The notes: a model not told the origin generated them from the sequence alone. A DNA stretch of 64,000 nt from Eledone cirrhosa (GCA_964016885.1 OZ024746.1:23870001-23934000), one strand, 5' to 3'; shown: positions 1 through 13,739, counted from the first letter of the stretch. Numbers and translations are program-made.

Positions 1-1
1 G

Positions 2-283
2 AGACTCTGCCTAAGCAAAGCTGGACTCGAAAGACATCTTCGCAGTCATAAAGTAAGACCAGTGGTTGACTAGCCGGCTGCTGTTGGAGATCCTACTCAT
101 CATGCTTGCCAAACATGTGGTAGAGAATGTAAATCACCAGGAGGGTTCAAGCGACATGCAAAAGTACACGAACTCCAACCACAGCCGACTATTCCCAGTG
201 AATGTTTTGATTGCCGACTCTGTGCAAGACATTTTAGATCATTGGCTGGGCTAAAAAGCCACATTCGATCGCAGCGCTGTTAG
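2..283 (+). mobile_element. 3' end of a decayed LINE (probably RTE clade) ORF with tandem C2H2 zinc fingers
   Basis: Frame from nt 2 reads RLCLSKAGLERHLRSH..., then an in-frame TAG (71-73), then HACQTCGRECKSPGGFKRHAKVH...[25 protein letters not shown] (stop 281-283). No TGEKP linkers; runs into a microsatellite. Not called in the ORF track. Confidence 0.65.
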
Positions 284-291
284 TTGCTATC

Positions 292-402
292 GTATGTGTG
301 TAGATATGCTTATGTGTGTGCGTGTGTGTGTATATATATATGTATATGTATATTATTATTGTTTTTGTCGTTATTGTTATTGTTATTATTATTATTATTA
401 TG

Positions 403-435
<33 letters not shown>

Positions 436-543
436 GTATATATATTATATATATGTATATATATGTATATATATATATATGTATGTATATATATATATGT
501 ATGTATATATATGTATATGTATGTATATATATGTATATGTATG

Positions 544-575
<32 letters not shown>
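292..575. repeat. Compound microsatellite (TG)n/(TTA)n/(TA,TATG)n
   Basis: Direct inspection. Confidence 0.95.
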
Positions 576-2102
576 TTTATTATTGCCCTTCAGGCTATAA
601 CAGAGGAGTTCAAGACCGGCTGCCCATGGGAACTCCTATACGCAGATGATCTAACGCTCATAGCTGAATCAATGACCGAACTAGAGAAGAAATTCCAAAC
701 ATGGAAGCACGGCCTAGAATCAAAAGGCCTTAAAATTAACCTGGCTAAGACAAAAGTTCTAGTTTGTAGGAAAGAAAATATGGCGGCAGTCCCATCTGGG
801 AAATGGCCATGCTCAGTGTGTAGGAAAGGCGTAGGTAGAAACTCCATTTTATTTCCCAAATGCAAAGTATGGGTGCATAAAAGATGTAGTGGGATCACAG
901 GTAAGCTAACTAAGAACATAGATTTTACATGTGCCGGTGCTCTGGTGCAATAAGTAGCAGCAAGCGCCCACAAAATACTAGCTCCTTCAACTGCGCAGAG
1001 GGTTCTATAGAAATAGTGGACAGCTTCCGTTACCTGGGTGACAAAATCAGCAGTGGGGGGAGGGTGCTCTGAAAGTACAGTAGCTAGAGTCAGAACTGGA
1101 TGGAAAAAGTTCAGAGAGCTTATACCACTATTAGCCGCTAGAGGGTTCTCCCTAAAAATGAAAGGCAGGTTATACGATGCCTGCATACGAACAGCAATGC
1201 TGCATGGCAGTGAGACCTGGGCATTGTGTGCAGAGGATATACGCAGACTAGAGAGGAACGAAGCTTGCATGCTCCGCTGGATGTGCAATAGTAATATACG
1301 TGAACGGCAAAGCATAAACGAACTAAGGAAAAAATTAGAAATAAGAGGGATCAGATGTTGTTTACTCGAGAGAAGGCTACGTTGGTACGGTCACGTGATG
1401 CGCATGAAAGACGACAGCTGTATAACAAAGTGCAGGGCAATAAGATAGACGGTAGCCACGGAGTAGGCAGACCCAGAAAAACATGGGACGAGCTGATAAA
1501 TTCCGACCTCACATGCTTACACCTCTCCAAGACAATGTCACTGGACCGAGACCTTTGGCGGTACTCAGTAATAGAGAAGACCCGCCTTACCTAAATACAA
1601 AGTAAAAACCTACTACAGTCAGTAGGCATCTCTATCAAAACACCCCCCCGTCCCACCACCTCCACCCCATCCACACCGCCCCTTTCAATGTACAGTTATG
1701 TTGGTCCCACAACATCCAGGCCGAAACAAATGAGATCGTGTAGGTGTCACGACAAAAAAAACACACAGTCCACGCTGTAAATGTGGCCCTGTAGGTAACA
1801 CGGTAAAAACCTCCCAGCCCCACACTGTAAATGTGGTTGGTGTTAGGAAGGGCATCCAGCTGTAGAAAACCCGCCAGACAGTCCACGCTGTAATGTGGCC
1901 GTGTAGGCAACACGGTAAAAACCTCCCAGCCCCACACTGTAAATGTGGTTGGTGTTAGGAAGGGCATCCAACTGTAGAAAACCCGCCAGACAGTCCTATG
2001 CGAGCAAGACAACCACTCTTGCCTCAAGTGGGAAAACCCCCGTCCAAACCCATGCAAGCGTGGAACACGGACGCTAAACCTGATGATGATGATGATGATG
2101 AT
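576..2102 (+). mobile_element. 5'-truncated, frameshifted RTE-clade LINE, family A (RT C-terminus, PHD-like finger, 3'UTR, (GAT)n tail)
   Basis: RT motifs [48 protein letters not shown] spread over several frames. Cys/His cluster CSVC...CKVWVHKRC. ~113-bp tandem duplication in the 3'UTR (~1766-1995). Ends in (GAT)n. Confidence 0.93.
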
Positions 2103-2538
<436 letters not shown>

Positions 2539-2771
2539 TAAAAGCTTCACAGCACAGGCATTGCTTTATCTCTGGAGATCTCTCTGCACTTGTCACATTG
2601 TACCATGGGCCCAGCACTATGTGTCAATAATTGTCACAGGTGTAGTGTTTGTACTAGAGTTTTCAAGTCGCTGGCTGGACTAAAAAGTCACACTCGTTCA
2701 GTGCATTGGTAGGGGTTCTCCTACATGGATATAAAGTAGTGGCCGTACTCGAAAACGAGTTGGCAGCCACC
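2539..2771 (+). mobile_element. 5'-truncated copy of unclassified retroposon 'element X'
   Basis: Matches the 3' 230 bp of 46576-47183 and has the same 3' end ...gaaaacgagttggcagccacc. Confidence 0.85.
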
Positions 2772-3000
2772 ATGTATATATATATATATATATATGTATG
2801 TATATATATATGTATGTATATATATATGTATATATATATGTATGTATATATGTATGTATATATGTATGTATATATGTATGTATATATGTATGTATATATG
2901 TATGTATATATGTATGTATATATGTATGTATATATGTATGTGTATATGTATGTATGTATGTATGTATATATGTATGTATATATGTATGTGTATATGTATG

Positions 3001-3033
<33 letters not shown>

Positions 3034-3046
3034 GTATGTATATATG
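2772..3046. repeat. (TATG/TATA)n microsatellite
   Basis: Direct inspection. Confidence 0.95.
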
Positions 3047-3047
3047 T

Positions 3048-3616
3048 AGGAATCAAATATATATAGGAATCAAATGCTGCGTGCAGGAGAGGCGGTTACG
3101 CTGGTATGGACATGTGATGCGTATGAAGGATGACAGCTGCATAAAAAGGTGCAGAGCACTAGAAGTTGATGGAAACCGCGGAGTGGGGAGACCCAAGATG
3201 ACTTGGGATGAGGTGATAAAAGCCGACCTTACCCAACTACACCTCTCAAAGTCAATGACACACGACTGTGACTTCTGGCGTCACGCAGTAATACAGGGTA
3301 CCCGACCTCCCATGGGTACATGCTGAAGCATATAAACAATATGCCCCCCCCCCCCCACCGCAAGGTGGTCGTGGAGGTGCCACGGCAAAAAAGCACCCAG
3401 CCCACACTGTAAAGTGGACGTGTAGGCGCCACGAAAAAGCACCCAGCACTCACTGTAAATGAGGTTGGTGTTAGGAAGGGCATCCAGCTGTAGAAATCAA
3501 GCCAGATCAGTTCCTGTATGAGCAAGGCATGGTCAGCCGACCAGACACTGCCCACAACAGGACAACCCGTCTAACCCATGCTAGCGTGGAAGAACGGACG
3601 TAAAACGGTGATGATG

Positions 3617-3617
<1 letters not shown>
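3048..3617 (+). mobile_element. 5'-truncated RTE LINE, family B (ORF end, 3'UTR, (GAT)n)
   Basis: [20 protein letters not shown]...GRPKMTW; nearly identical to 30171-30727. Confidence 0.93.
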
Positions 3618-3649
<32 letters not shown>

Positions 3650-3853
3650 TGTATGTATGTATATATATATGTATGTATATATATATGTATGTATATATAT
3701 ATGTATGTATATATGCATTTATGTATGTATGTATATATGCATTTATATATATATGTATGTATATATATATGTATGTATGTATATGTATGTATATATATGT
3801 ATATGTATGTATATATATGTATATGTATGTATATATATATGTATATGTATGTA

Positions 3854-3889
<36 letters not shown>

Positions 3890-4149
3890 TGTATGTATAT
3901 ATATATGTATGTATGTATATATATATGTATGTATGTATATATATGTATGTATGTATATATGTATGTATGTATATATATATGTATGTATGTATATATATAT
4001 GTATGTGTGTATATATATGTATCTATGTGTGTATATATATGTATCTATGTATATATGCATATATATATATATGTATGTATATATATGTATCTATGTATAT
4101 ATGCATTTATATATATATGTATGTATATATATATATATATGTATATATA
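3618..4149. repeat. (TATG/TA)n microsatellite
   Basis: Direct inspection. Confidence 0.95.
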
Positions 4150-4338
4150 GTGTATTTTGCAATACACTGTATGCTTCATTAAAAGCACTTCGAAGACATT
4201 ATGCTATTGTTTTATAGTAGTGACACTCTCTCTTACTTTAATTTTCAGCAAACAGGGGAGATAAAGCTGACAGGGCCCTGTTTCGCATTTTTTGATGCTT
4301 ATCAAAGCCAACTACTCCTCCTGTTTGCTGAAAATCAT

Positions 4339-4576
4339 TATAAAAGCTTCACGGCACAGGCATTGCTTTATATCTGGAGATCTCTCTGCACTTTTCGTCA
4401 CATGATACCATGGGCCCAGCACTGTGTGTCAATAACTGTCACAAGTGTAGTGTTTGTACCAGAGTTTTCAAGTCGCTGGCTGGACTAAAAAGTCACACTC
4501 ATTCAGTGCATCGGTAGGGGTTCTCCTACATGGATATAAAGTAGAGTCTGTACTCGAAAACGAGTTGGCAGCCACC
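4339..4576 (+). mobile_element. 5'-truncated copy of element X
   Basis: Same 3' 235 bp and same terminus as the other copies; followed by (GT)n. Confidence 0.85.
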
Positions 4577-4644
<68 letters not shown>

Positions 4645-4656
4645 GTATACATACAT

Positions 4657-5279
4657 GTGCATTTAGTACATATCCACACATTATATATATACGTGCATGT
4701 ATACATCAAATATAAACACATACATAAATATATGTGTACATATATGTTCGTATGTTCTCAGTCCCCTAACACCTAATGGAGTCATTAGGGTGCCATAGTG
4801 TCATACAGAGTTTATTGGGCCTTTTAGACCAGGTGGCGCCCCTCCCTTTCCAGGTTTAAACGCAGCAGATTTCTTCCAGAGAAGTATAGAAAGTTAGAGA
4901 ACGGAAGTAAGGAAGACATATTGAAGAATCAACCCCAGTAATAGACTGGTACTTTTTTATCGACCTTGATAGGATAAAAGGCAAAGTACTATTACTGGGG
5001 TTGATTCTTCCTCTATATCTCTTTCTCTCTTCCATTCTCTCATTTTCTAACCTTCTATGGAAGAAATTTGCTGTGTTTAAACCTGGAAAAGAATGGGATC
5101 CACCTGGTTTAAAATGACCAAGAAACTCTGCATGACACTATGGCACTTCAATGACTCCATCAGGTGTTATGGGATTAAGAACAGATGAACATATATGTAC
5201 AGATATATTCATATATGTGTGTATGTTTTATGTACACATGTACATATATATATTATGTGTGGATATGTATTATATGCAC
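4657..5279. repeat. Large diverged inverted repeat (~290-bp arms, ~45-nt spacer) containing SINE 3' halves
   Basis: gaagaatcaaccccagtaatag pairs with ctattactggggttgattcttc; ccaggtttaaac with gtttaaacctgg; gtgccatagtgtcat with atgacactatggcac; tacatatccacaca with tgtgtggatatgta. Confidence 0.85.
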
Positions 5280-7039
5280 CAGTAAGTATACTCCTCTTTA
5301 TAATGTTTGCATGCACACACAGACACAGACACAGGCACACACACACACACACACACACACTATAGTAGAGTTTTAGCTAACTTTAACTATATTTCTATTA
5401 AATAGTTCCTGCGATCTACATGAGATAGATAAATGCTAATGCATTGGAAATAAGACATTTTTACTCTATTAAAAACACCATTTCAATTAAAAGGTGTTGA
5501 ACCAGATAATTTCCCCCTTTTTAATGATACTTGTGTGATTGCTAAATGGTATTTTTATGTATTGTATATCCTTTTTAAATCCACTTTTCTCTGAAGCAGT
5601 ATAATAATAATAATTTTCTATTGAAAGTTTTTCGATTGAATGAGATGCTGGAAGTCTACTAATATTGCTGACAAGGTTTTTTAAAACCATAGGAGAGTTA
5701 TTAAATAGATTATTTATATTCAGAAGTTATATTCAATATCTTATTTACTATGATACACTGCACGAAACCACCTAGTTCTATGACACAAAAATGTTTGTTA
5801 TAAAATGTATATATTTATTTTATCTAAGATTCTTCTGTTATAATTTTATATTAAAAAATTTAAGTTATATTCCAAACCACCAGCTTAATAATGAGAAAGT
5901 TATATTCTTGATGATTTTCAAAATGATTTGAAAATCATATGCAGTGTCTTTCTTTAAATATATAACGAAAGGGTTAAACATCTCTACTAGTTGTTTATGT
6001 GTCCATGTTGAATATTTTAAGCTTGAGATTTGATCACATCCTAATGCCTTCCCTTTCTTTCTCATTTTTTTGTAGTATGTGTTATTTCTTGTATTGTTAT
6101 AGCTACCCACAATTGAAAAGGTGTAGGGTTCATTCTTTTCAATAATTTCATCTACTCTGATTCTTTTTCCATTCATATCCCCTCCCCAAAATTCTTCTGC
6201 CGATCTCGTTATTGGTACTGTATTGATTTCCATTTTATTTTTACTAAGTTCCTAATAAAATCATTTCAGATGAAAGTCAAACTGTTTATTTTGTTCAAAG
6301 AATTATCGCTTTTCATATCCATGGATTCTTTGTGATTTAGCAAGGATCTCATGTTTCAGGCCTATTTTAACATCAGTTACTTCATATTTGTTATATTTCT
6401 CTAGTATTTATCAGTTGTGTTGTTTTGCTCTTGATTTCATCAATGATTGAGAAGTCATTTTATTTTTTCCTATCTATATCTGTCTGTTTTCTATGCTTTC
6501 AATATTCCTGTATGGATAATGCCCTTACCTTTGTAACTACAATGATTGCTACATTTGTTATTTAATTTAACTTGATGATATTGTTGTTCATTAAGTCTGT
6601 GATGGCCAGATTTTGGATTTCTTTTTAATTGTTGTTGCTATTTTACTGTTGTTATATCCTTGGGAAAGGAAATACATTCTATTCAAAGTATCACTATAAG
6701 CAAGTAATAATTTAGCTCTACCTATTACTGGCATACAGAGAAATAAACAACAATGTAGCTCTACAGCTTTAAATGTCAATGTTGTACATAGGAGAAACTG
6801 CATGATGTTTAACAGTTCACTACCTCAAGTACCTGCCTCATCTTTGTGACAACATTTCCTAGTCCCCTGAAACAGATGCTGTGACAATTAAATACCCAGG
6901 TCATTTCAACCTCCGTTTTGGTGTTAGATTGATCCAACATCACCTTCTCTTTTTTAGACTACTTTGAGAACAATAACTTATGCCTAATCTTGGTATTTCC
7001 TCTGCATGAAATTGGTAACAGTTTATTATATTTTCTCTA

Positions 7040-7117
<78 letters not shown>

Positions 7118-8092
7118 GTGTGTGTTGTGTGTGTGCTATGGGATATAAAGAGACGTGACAAGAGCACAACACCAGCTCTATACGATGTAAACATTAACAC
7201 ATAGGGACAGATATACATCAATCTACAAAATATTGTCAGCCCAAGAATACAGTTGAAGTCATCTGCTCAATGACCTCTGCAATGACATCAAGTGTAGAAC
7301 TGTGTGTTATTATATAATAGTAATGGTTTCTGATTTAGGCACAAGGTCAGCAATTTGGGAGCATTACTTTATTGATTCCATAAGGATGAAGGGCAAAGCT
7401 AACCCCAATGGGATTTTAACTCAGTATGTAAACAAAGTTATGTTGCAAAGCATATTGTTCAATGTTCTACCAATATTGCCAATCCAATATTACTAGATTT
7501 AATAGATTTTCAACCAATGACTGTCACAAAAAATTATTTATTAGAAGCAATCAGAAACTAAGTTACAGCTTTACTTCCAAAATATAAAACAACATACAAC
7601 ATGGCTAATATCACATGCATTCATTCTCCTTTAATAAGTAATGCAAAACACAAGTAAATTTACATGAAGCAGAAATCACTTCCACTAAACTAAGTGTAAA
7701 AACTATAAGGTATGGTGGGAAGTAAATTTAAAACAAGGAGACTTCAATCATAGTTCTTACAATATATAAAAAGAAGAGGCACACAACAAAACTATTCAGT
7801 CATATCTAGGGTTTAAAAGGACATACTGCTAACTTCAATGCCAAGTGAAAGGTTCACAAGAGAGGTAGACTATACAGAAACAGAACAAATCATGGTGAGT
7901 TATGAATACCTCATAACTTAAAAGCAATGATAAATTGGAAACTATATAAGTACTAAATCAGAAATATTCCATGAATGCAGCCCCTTCAACAAGTACCATT
8001 TATGTATATATTTTATTCTTTTTATATATATTTTAATTTCTTCTTTGTACTAAATATTTCATGTTTTCTTTATCTATTTTATCTTATTCCAG

Positions 8093-8227
8093 TGTGTTTT
8101 AATCCTACTGAGGCACAATTGTAATCCAAATATCAAAGATAATACTGGTCAAACAGCTGCAGATGTGGCTGACCGCTGCTGCCAACCAAGTTGTTCCAAG
8201 GCTATCAAAGAATACCCTTATAAACCA
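8093..8227 (+). CDS. ESPN: Espin/forked-like gene, internal exon encoding the end of the ankyrin-repeat region
   Basis: Polypyrimidine tract with AG at 8091-8092; 135 nt, phase 0/0; CVLILLRHNCNPNIKDNTGQTAADVADRCCQPSCSKAIKEYPYKP; GTATGT donor. D-x-x-G-x-TAAD resembles the last ankyrin repeat of vertebrate espin. Confidence 0.85.
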
Positions 8228-9084
8228 GTATGTAATTCTTTAGTTTGTTTTCTTCTTCCATGTTGTACAAGTCTGAGTTTATACATATTATTTCATTGCA
8301 GATGAGTTACAATAGCAGTAAATGCAGCAAATTAACAGTTGTTAGAATATCAGATAGAATGTATGCATGGACCTGTAACTCCTGAGGGAGTCGTAGGTGT
8401 GCCATATTGACATCCAGCATTTCTAGGGCATTTTTAAAACTAAACCTGGAGGAGCCCATCTTTTCTATAGGTCATCAGTTAGAATACTTCATACTATTCA
8501 TTTTAACTCTCTGCCCTCCGAATTCTAATTCTGCTGAGGTCAATTTTGCCTTTCATTCTTTCACGGTTGATAAAATACCAGTCCTGTACTGGGGGTGATT
8601 CTGTTCTGTCTGTCTGTCTCTCTCTCACTCTCAAAGGCAAAGTTGACTTCAGTGGGATTTGAACTCAGAATGTAAAAGGCAATAATTAAATGCTGCAAAG
8701 TATTTTATCTGATACTCTAACGATTCTACCAGTCTATTGCCAAAAGACAAGCTTAATAATGAGAAAGTTAGTTATATCACTAAATCCCTCCAAATATTTG
8801 ATTGTTTTAAAAAATATTTGAAAATCATAGTATCTTTCATTAGAAATATGGTAATGATAGGGTTAACATATTCTCAAGTGCTTTTATAGCAAACTGATCA
8901 TTTGTTATAAAAGTACTATTTCTTATCAATATACTTGGGTCAAGTATTTTTTTTTATCTAATCAATGGTCTTGTTAACATATTACTAATAAAAAATATTG
9001 CTTAAAAAAAAATCAGATTATTTTGCAAATGATCAGCAATTTCGGAGGAGTTAATAAAATACCTTCATTATTAAACTGATGTTA

Positions 9085-9266
9085 GATTGGCAGTATCGGT
9101 AGAGAGTTGGACACCATGCTTTGCAGCATAGAGTTACAGTCCTTTATCGTCTGAGTTCAAATCCCACCGAGGTAAACTTTGCCTTTCATCCTTACGGGGT
9201 CGATAAAATAAAGTACCAGTAACGCACTGGGTAATTACTGGCCTTGTGCCAAAAGTAGAAACAATT
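9085..9266 (+). mobile_element. tRNA-derived SINE with Meta-SINE-like central domain; target-site duplication present
   Basis: A-box tggcagtatcgg, B-box gttcaaatcc, domain gcctttcatccttacggggtcgataaaataaagtaccag; flanked by direct repeat attattaaactgatgtt. Confidence 0.85.
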
Positions 9267-10300
9267 ATTAAACTGATGTTTGAAACATGAGTTCTTACAT
9301 AAAATTGTAGTCGGGGAGTTGGCTACCTGCAAGCGAGAGCCCCGTGAGTTGGAGTGGCTGTTTCAGAATGTTTCCCTTGCCAATATCCTGGGCAATGTCT
9401 TCTCCATTCTGTCCACCAGAAACATGAGGCAGACTAACCCTTAAACAGTGAGTAGTAAATACAGATCTCAAACACTCATTATACACTTGCGTTTTAATAA
9501 AAGATAGACTTGAATAGGTTTTTATGCAACTATAAACTTTTTAACCCTTTTGCTACCATATTTCTAATGAAACATATATATATATATACATATACATATA
9601 TATATACATGAAATATCATGCCATGATACACTGGGTGAAACATTACTTTACTTTTATTTTATTTACCATCATTTCCGTTCGTATTTTCTACAGCATTATA
9701 CCAGCTTTAAAAAAAAATAATAAAAAAATAAAAAAAAAGACTTATTGGTCATTTACTGCTACATATCTCACAATGATTTGTATTAACTACACTTCTCCCT
9801 CTCTCTCTCTTCCTCTCTCTCTCTCTTCCTCGCTCTCTCTCTCTATATATATGTCATCGTATAATGTCCATTTTCCCAGCTAGCAAGTGTTCAAAATGTC
9901 ATCACACTCCAGCTAGTACACAAGCAGTGTCTCTAACCCCCAGATAAGCTGGGGCCTGATATATGATTTTACACTCTGCCATGTGCATTTTATTGTTGTG
10001 TTAACACAAGAGAAGTTGTCATGTCCTTGTTTTACAGGTTTTCTATATATGAATACCCTTCCTCTCACCAACCACATTACAGAGTGTACTAGTTGATCAT
10101 TTATCATATAGATCACAAACACTATGGTGGTTGTCTATATATATTCAGTTTAGATACACCATATCTCTACATGTCTAGGAATTGATTAAAAGGGTTAATG
10201 CCAGGAAAAGCATCCAGCTGTAAAACATTGCCTCAAAAATTCTCCAATCCAAGCCAGCATGGAAAAGTTGCCATAAAAACAATGATGATGTGTGTGTATA

Positions 10301-10343
<43 letters not shown>

Positions 10344-10569
10344 GTGTATACGTATGTATATATATATATATATACACACATATGTACGTATGTATATATG
10401 TATGTACGTATTTATATATATGTATGTGAATGCCTATATATGAGAGTATTTCATTTCTTATTGAAACTGTAATAGTATCTATATTTTATTTGTCGTTTGT
10501 ATTGTTAGTTTTGTGACTGAATATCATATCTTTCTTCAGCAGTGGGAACAGGATACTGGCTGATTGGAG

Positions 10570-10650
10570 ATAGATAGACAGAAGTAGTGAGGTTGTTTGA
10601 TAGATAGATAAATAGATAGATAGGGAGAGAGGGGAGAAGGCTATAGGTAG

Positions 10651-10686
<36 letters not shown>

Positions 10687-10944
10687 ATAGATAAAAAGAT
10701 AAAGGATGAGTGTGGTGGAGAGAGAGACAGAGGAAGGAGATAGAAAGATGCAAAGAGAGGAGGGTGTATATAAAGGAATGGAGATAGATGGATAGAGATG
10801 AAGGGAGAAGATATATATAATGTGAGAGGATGGGAGAAAGATGTTAAATAGATGGATAGATACCTTTATAATTCCATGTAGAGATTGAAACCTACTCATT
10901 GTCATTGCTTCAAACACCTTACCAACTAACTTACAGAGGCAACA

Positions 10945-10978
<34 letters not shown>

Positions 10979-11144
10979 GGAAAGAGAGGGAGAGATAGAA
11001 AGATAGATAGAGAGAGAAAGTGAAAGGTAAATGATAGAGAAGGAGAATTATATAAAGAGCGGAAATAGATTCATAGAGAGAGATAGAGGTAGATTGATGT
11101 AGATGTAGGGATAGGTAGCAGTAGATAGACAAATGTAGATAATG

Positions 11145-11211
<67 letters not shown>

Positions 11212-11230
11212 GAGAGAGAGAGAGAGATCA
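10570..11230. repeat. Degenerate purine-rich (GATA)/(GA)n low-complexity tract
   Basis: Direct inspection. Confidence 0.85.
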
Positions 11231-11501
11231 ATACATCCAAAATTCAATATTGCTTTATATCCAGCTGGAATAATGATTTATTTATTGAGATTAAGTTATT
11301 GATACAAATACACCTAGTTCTTAATATTCTGTTCTATAAATATAATGAAAGCTATTGAACTATCTCTACCTAGTCCTCAGTATAAACATAACATACACCT
11401 TAGTTACAGCAATTCTTTCTTTATTTCTTTTAAGCTTTTAACTCCTGATGGAGTCGTAAAGGCATCATTGAGGTATATGGCATGTCTTTAGCATTTAAGC
11501 A

Positions 11502-11772
11502 TGAAGGCATATGGTCTAATGGTTAGTATGCTTGATGTACAATCATAATGTCATCAGTTTGATTCCTGTGTTGTGTTCTTGAGCAAAACACTTTATTTCA
11601 CATTGCTCCAGTAGACTAAGCTGAGAATGAGTACCAGCAGTATCTGGTGAGTTAAACCTGTGATAGACTGGTGTCCAGTCCAGGGAGAGTCTTGTACTCT
11701 CAGGCATTTAATGCCAGGAAACTGGAGATAAGCACTGGCCTGATAGGCCTTCTGCATTGAACAGACTTTAAC
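11502..11772 (+). mobile_element. Older tRNA-head SINE with CORE-like domain and a distinct 3' tail
   Basis: ggcatatggtctaatggtt head, gttcttgagcaaaacactttatttcacattgctccag domain, tail ...gaaactggagataagcactggcctgataggcc. Confidence 0.7.
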
Positions 11773-12176
11773 TTAGGCATTTAAACCTGCCTGTTGCAGT
11801 AGACATTTGGCAAGTGGTCACAAAATAAGTCTGGCATCTAAGCGTAAATCTTGTAGCTAGAGCATCCAAACCAGGTGAATTACCCTTTGCGCAGTTAGGC
11901 ATCTTCCCCCATGTCTGAAAACAGCTGATTTCTTTCAGAAAAAGAGAGTGTGAATACAAAAAAAGAAATATAGAAAAACTTTTTGTTACTTTATTTATTG
12001 ACCTCAAAAGGATAAAAGGGAAAGTTGACCTCGGGTAGGATTTGAATTCAGACCACAGTGAACTGGAATAAACACTGCAAACCATTCTGTCTGATGTTCT
12101 GAGAACTCTACCTGTTTGTTTTCTGTAATACTCTCTTTAAAACTTTAGAATATTTTTTGAATAGAACAATTTTTAA

Positions 12177-12749
12177 CCCTTTTAATAACATATTTCTAAC
12201 TCTATTTCTACCCCTTTCCTTGATCTATTTCTAACCCTCTCATTAACCTATTTCTGACTCTCTCGTTAACCTATTTCTGACCCTCTCGTTAACCTATTTC
12301 TGACCATTTCGATAACCTATTTCTGACCCTTTCATTAACCTATTTCTGACCCTTTCATTAACCTATTTCTGACCCTTTCATTAACCTATTTCTGACCCTT
12401 TCATTAACCTATTTCTGACCCTCTCATTAACCTATTTCTAACCTTTTCATTAACCTATTTCTAACCTTTTCATTAACCTATTTCTAACCTTTTCATTAAC
12501 CTATTTAGAACCCTTTCGTTAGCCTATTATAATAAACTTTACCTATGGCTTTCAAATGATTTTGAAAATAATCAAGAATTTAAGAGATTTAATAAGACTT
12601 TCTCATTGAGCTTGTGTTTGGAATGTAACTTGACAAATGTTTTTACATAAAATCACGATGGAAGCTTTTTCAGATATAAATAATTTAAACACAAACAGCT
12701 TAGTATTGAAGAACCAGCAACTGTTTTAGGCCGTTTGGTATCAAAAGGG
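12177..12749. mobile_element. TTAA-flanked (piggyBac-type) MITE with its left terminus amplified as a 23-bp minisatellite
   Basis: ttaa|cccttt ... aaaaggg|ttaa; about 13 units of ccctttcattaacctatttctga at ~12230-12530. Confidence 0.7.
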
Positions 12750-12753
12750 TTAA

Positions 12754-12984
12754 CCCTTTAGCATTTAAACCGGCCATATCCGGCCAGAATTTTCTCATCT
12801 CTTTCTGTTCAAACAAGCTGTAACCAGCTGCTCATACTGATGTTAAGGTATTGTTCTCAAAATAAATAATATCACTATCTCATAGATTTGATATTATGTG
12901 AGATATCATGTGATTACCTCACATGATATCTCACATACCATGAAAATACAATAGTAAATCTAGAGTAATGTAAATGCTAAAGGG
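12754..12984. mobile_element. piggyBac-type MITE (TIR CCCTTTAGCATTT, TTAA TSD)
   Basis: ttaa|ccctttagcattta ... taaatgctaaaggg|ttaa; second copy at 38720-38928. Confidence 0.85.
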
Positions 12985-13739
12985 TTAAAGTCTTGTCTTT
13001 GCTAATTGTTGTTGTTGTTGTTGTTGTTTAACCATGAATGAGTAGACCTATGATCAAAAGCATTCCAGCCATGACCATTCTGTCTTTTTAGTGTTATGTA
13101 GACTATATTATGGACACACATATAGAATGGCCAAATGGCTAAACAGTATGGTTGATACAGTTTGGTGCCATGACTCCTGATGGAGTTGTAGGAATACCAT
13201 TGTGGCATACTGTCCCATAAAGATGAAAGGCAAGGATTTGAACTCAGAATGTAAAAGGCGTAACTCTATGCCATAAAGCATGTTGTCCAGTGCTCTATCG
13301 ACATTTCCAATCCCCCATGCCTTTAATTCAAAGCTCCAGCATTGTCACAATTTTGGGGGGGATTCGGGGGGAAGTCAATTAAATTGACCTGAGTGTGTTA
13401 GTGGTGCTTTATTTTATTGGCCCCATAAGTATTGGCAAAGCTAACTTCGGTGAGATTTGAATTTATTTACACTATAATACAAGATAAACTATACCTGTAA
13501 TCGAAAGGTCCAGCGATGTCACACTTTTTGGCATTTTCGATCTCCATGAGAATTATGTTAAGAGTACATATGTCTGTGGAATACTCAGCTACTTAAATGT
13601 TGATTTAGTGAGTAGTTCATACTGTTGATCAAACAACTGGGTCATACCTCGTTGAAGCCTACTGAGGTCAACAAAAAACATTACATGATCTAATACCTCT
13701 TCTACTTTCTGAAAATGGTATATGTGAACTTCTCCTTTT

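Noticed and set aside
590-1315. 241-aa minus-strand ORF (also 29856-30302, 26030-26651, 60200-61198)
   Set aside because: Antisense shadows of LINE or exon coding sequence.
5865-6233. 122-aa minus-strand ORF
   Set aside because: No recognisable motif; its C-terminus lies in a MITE fragment.
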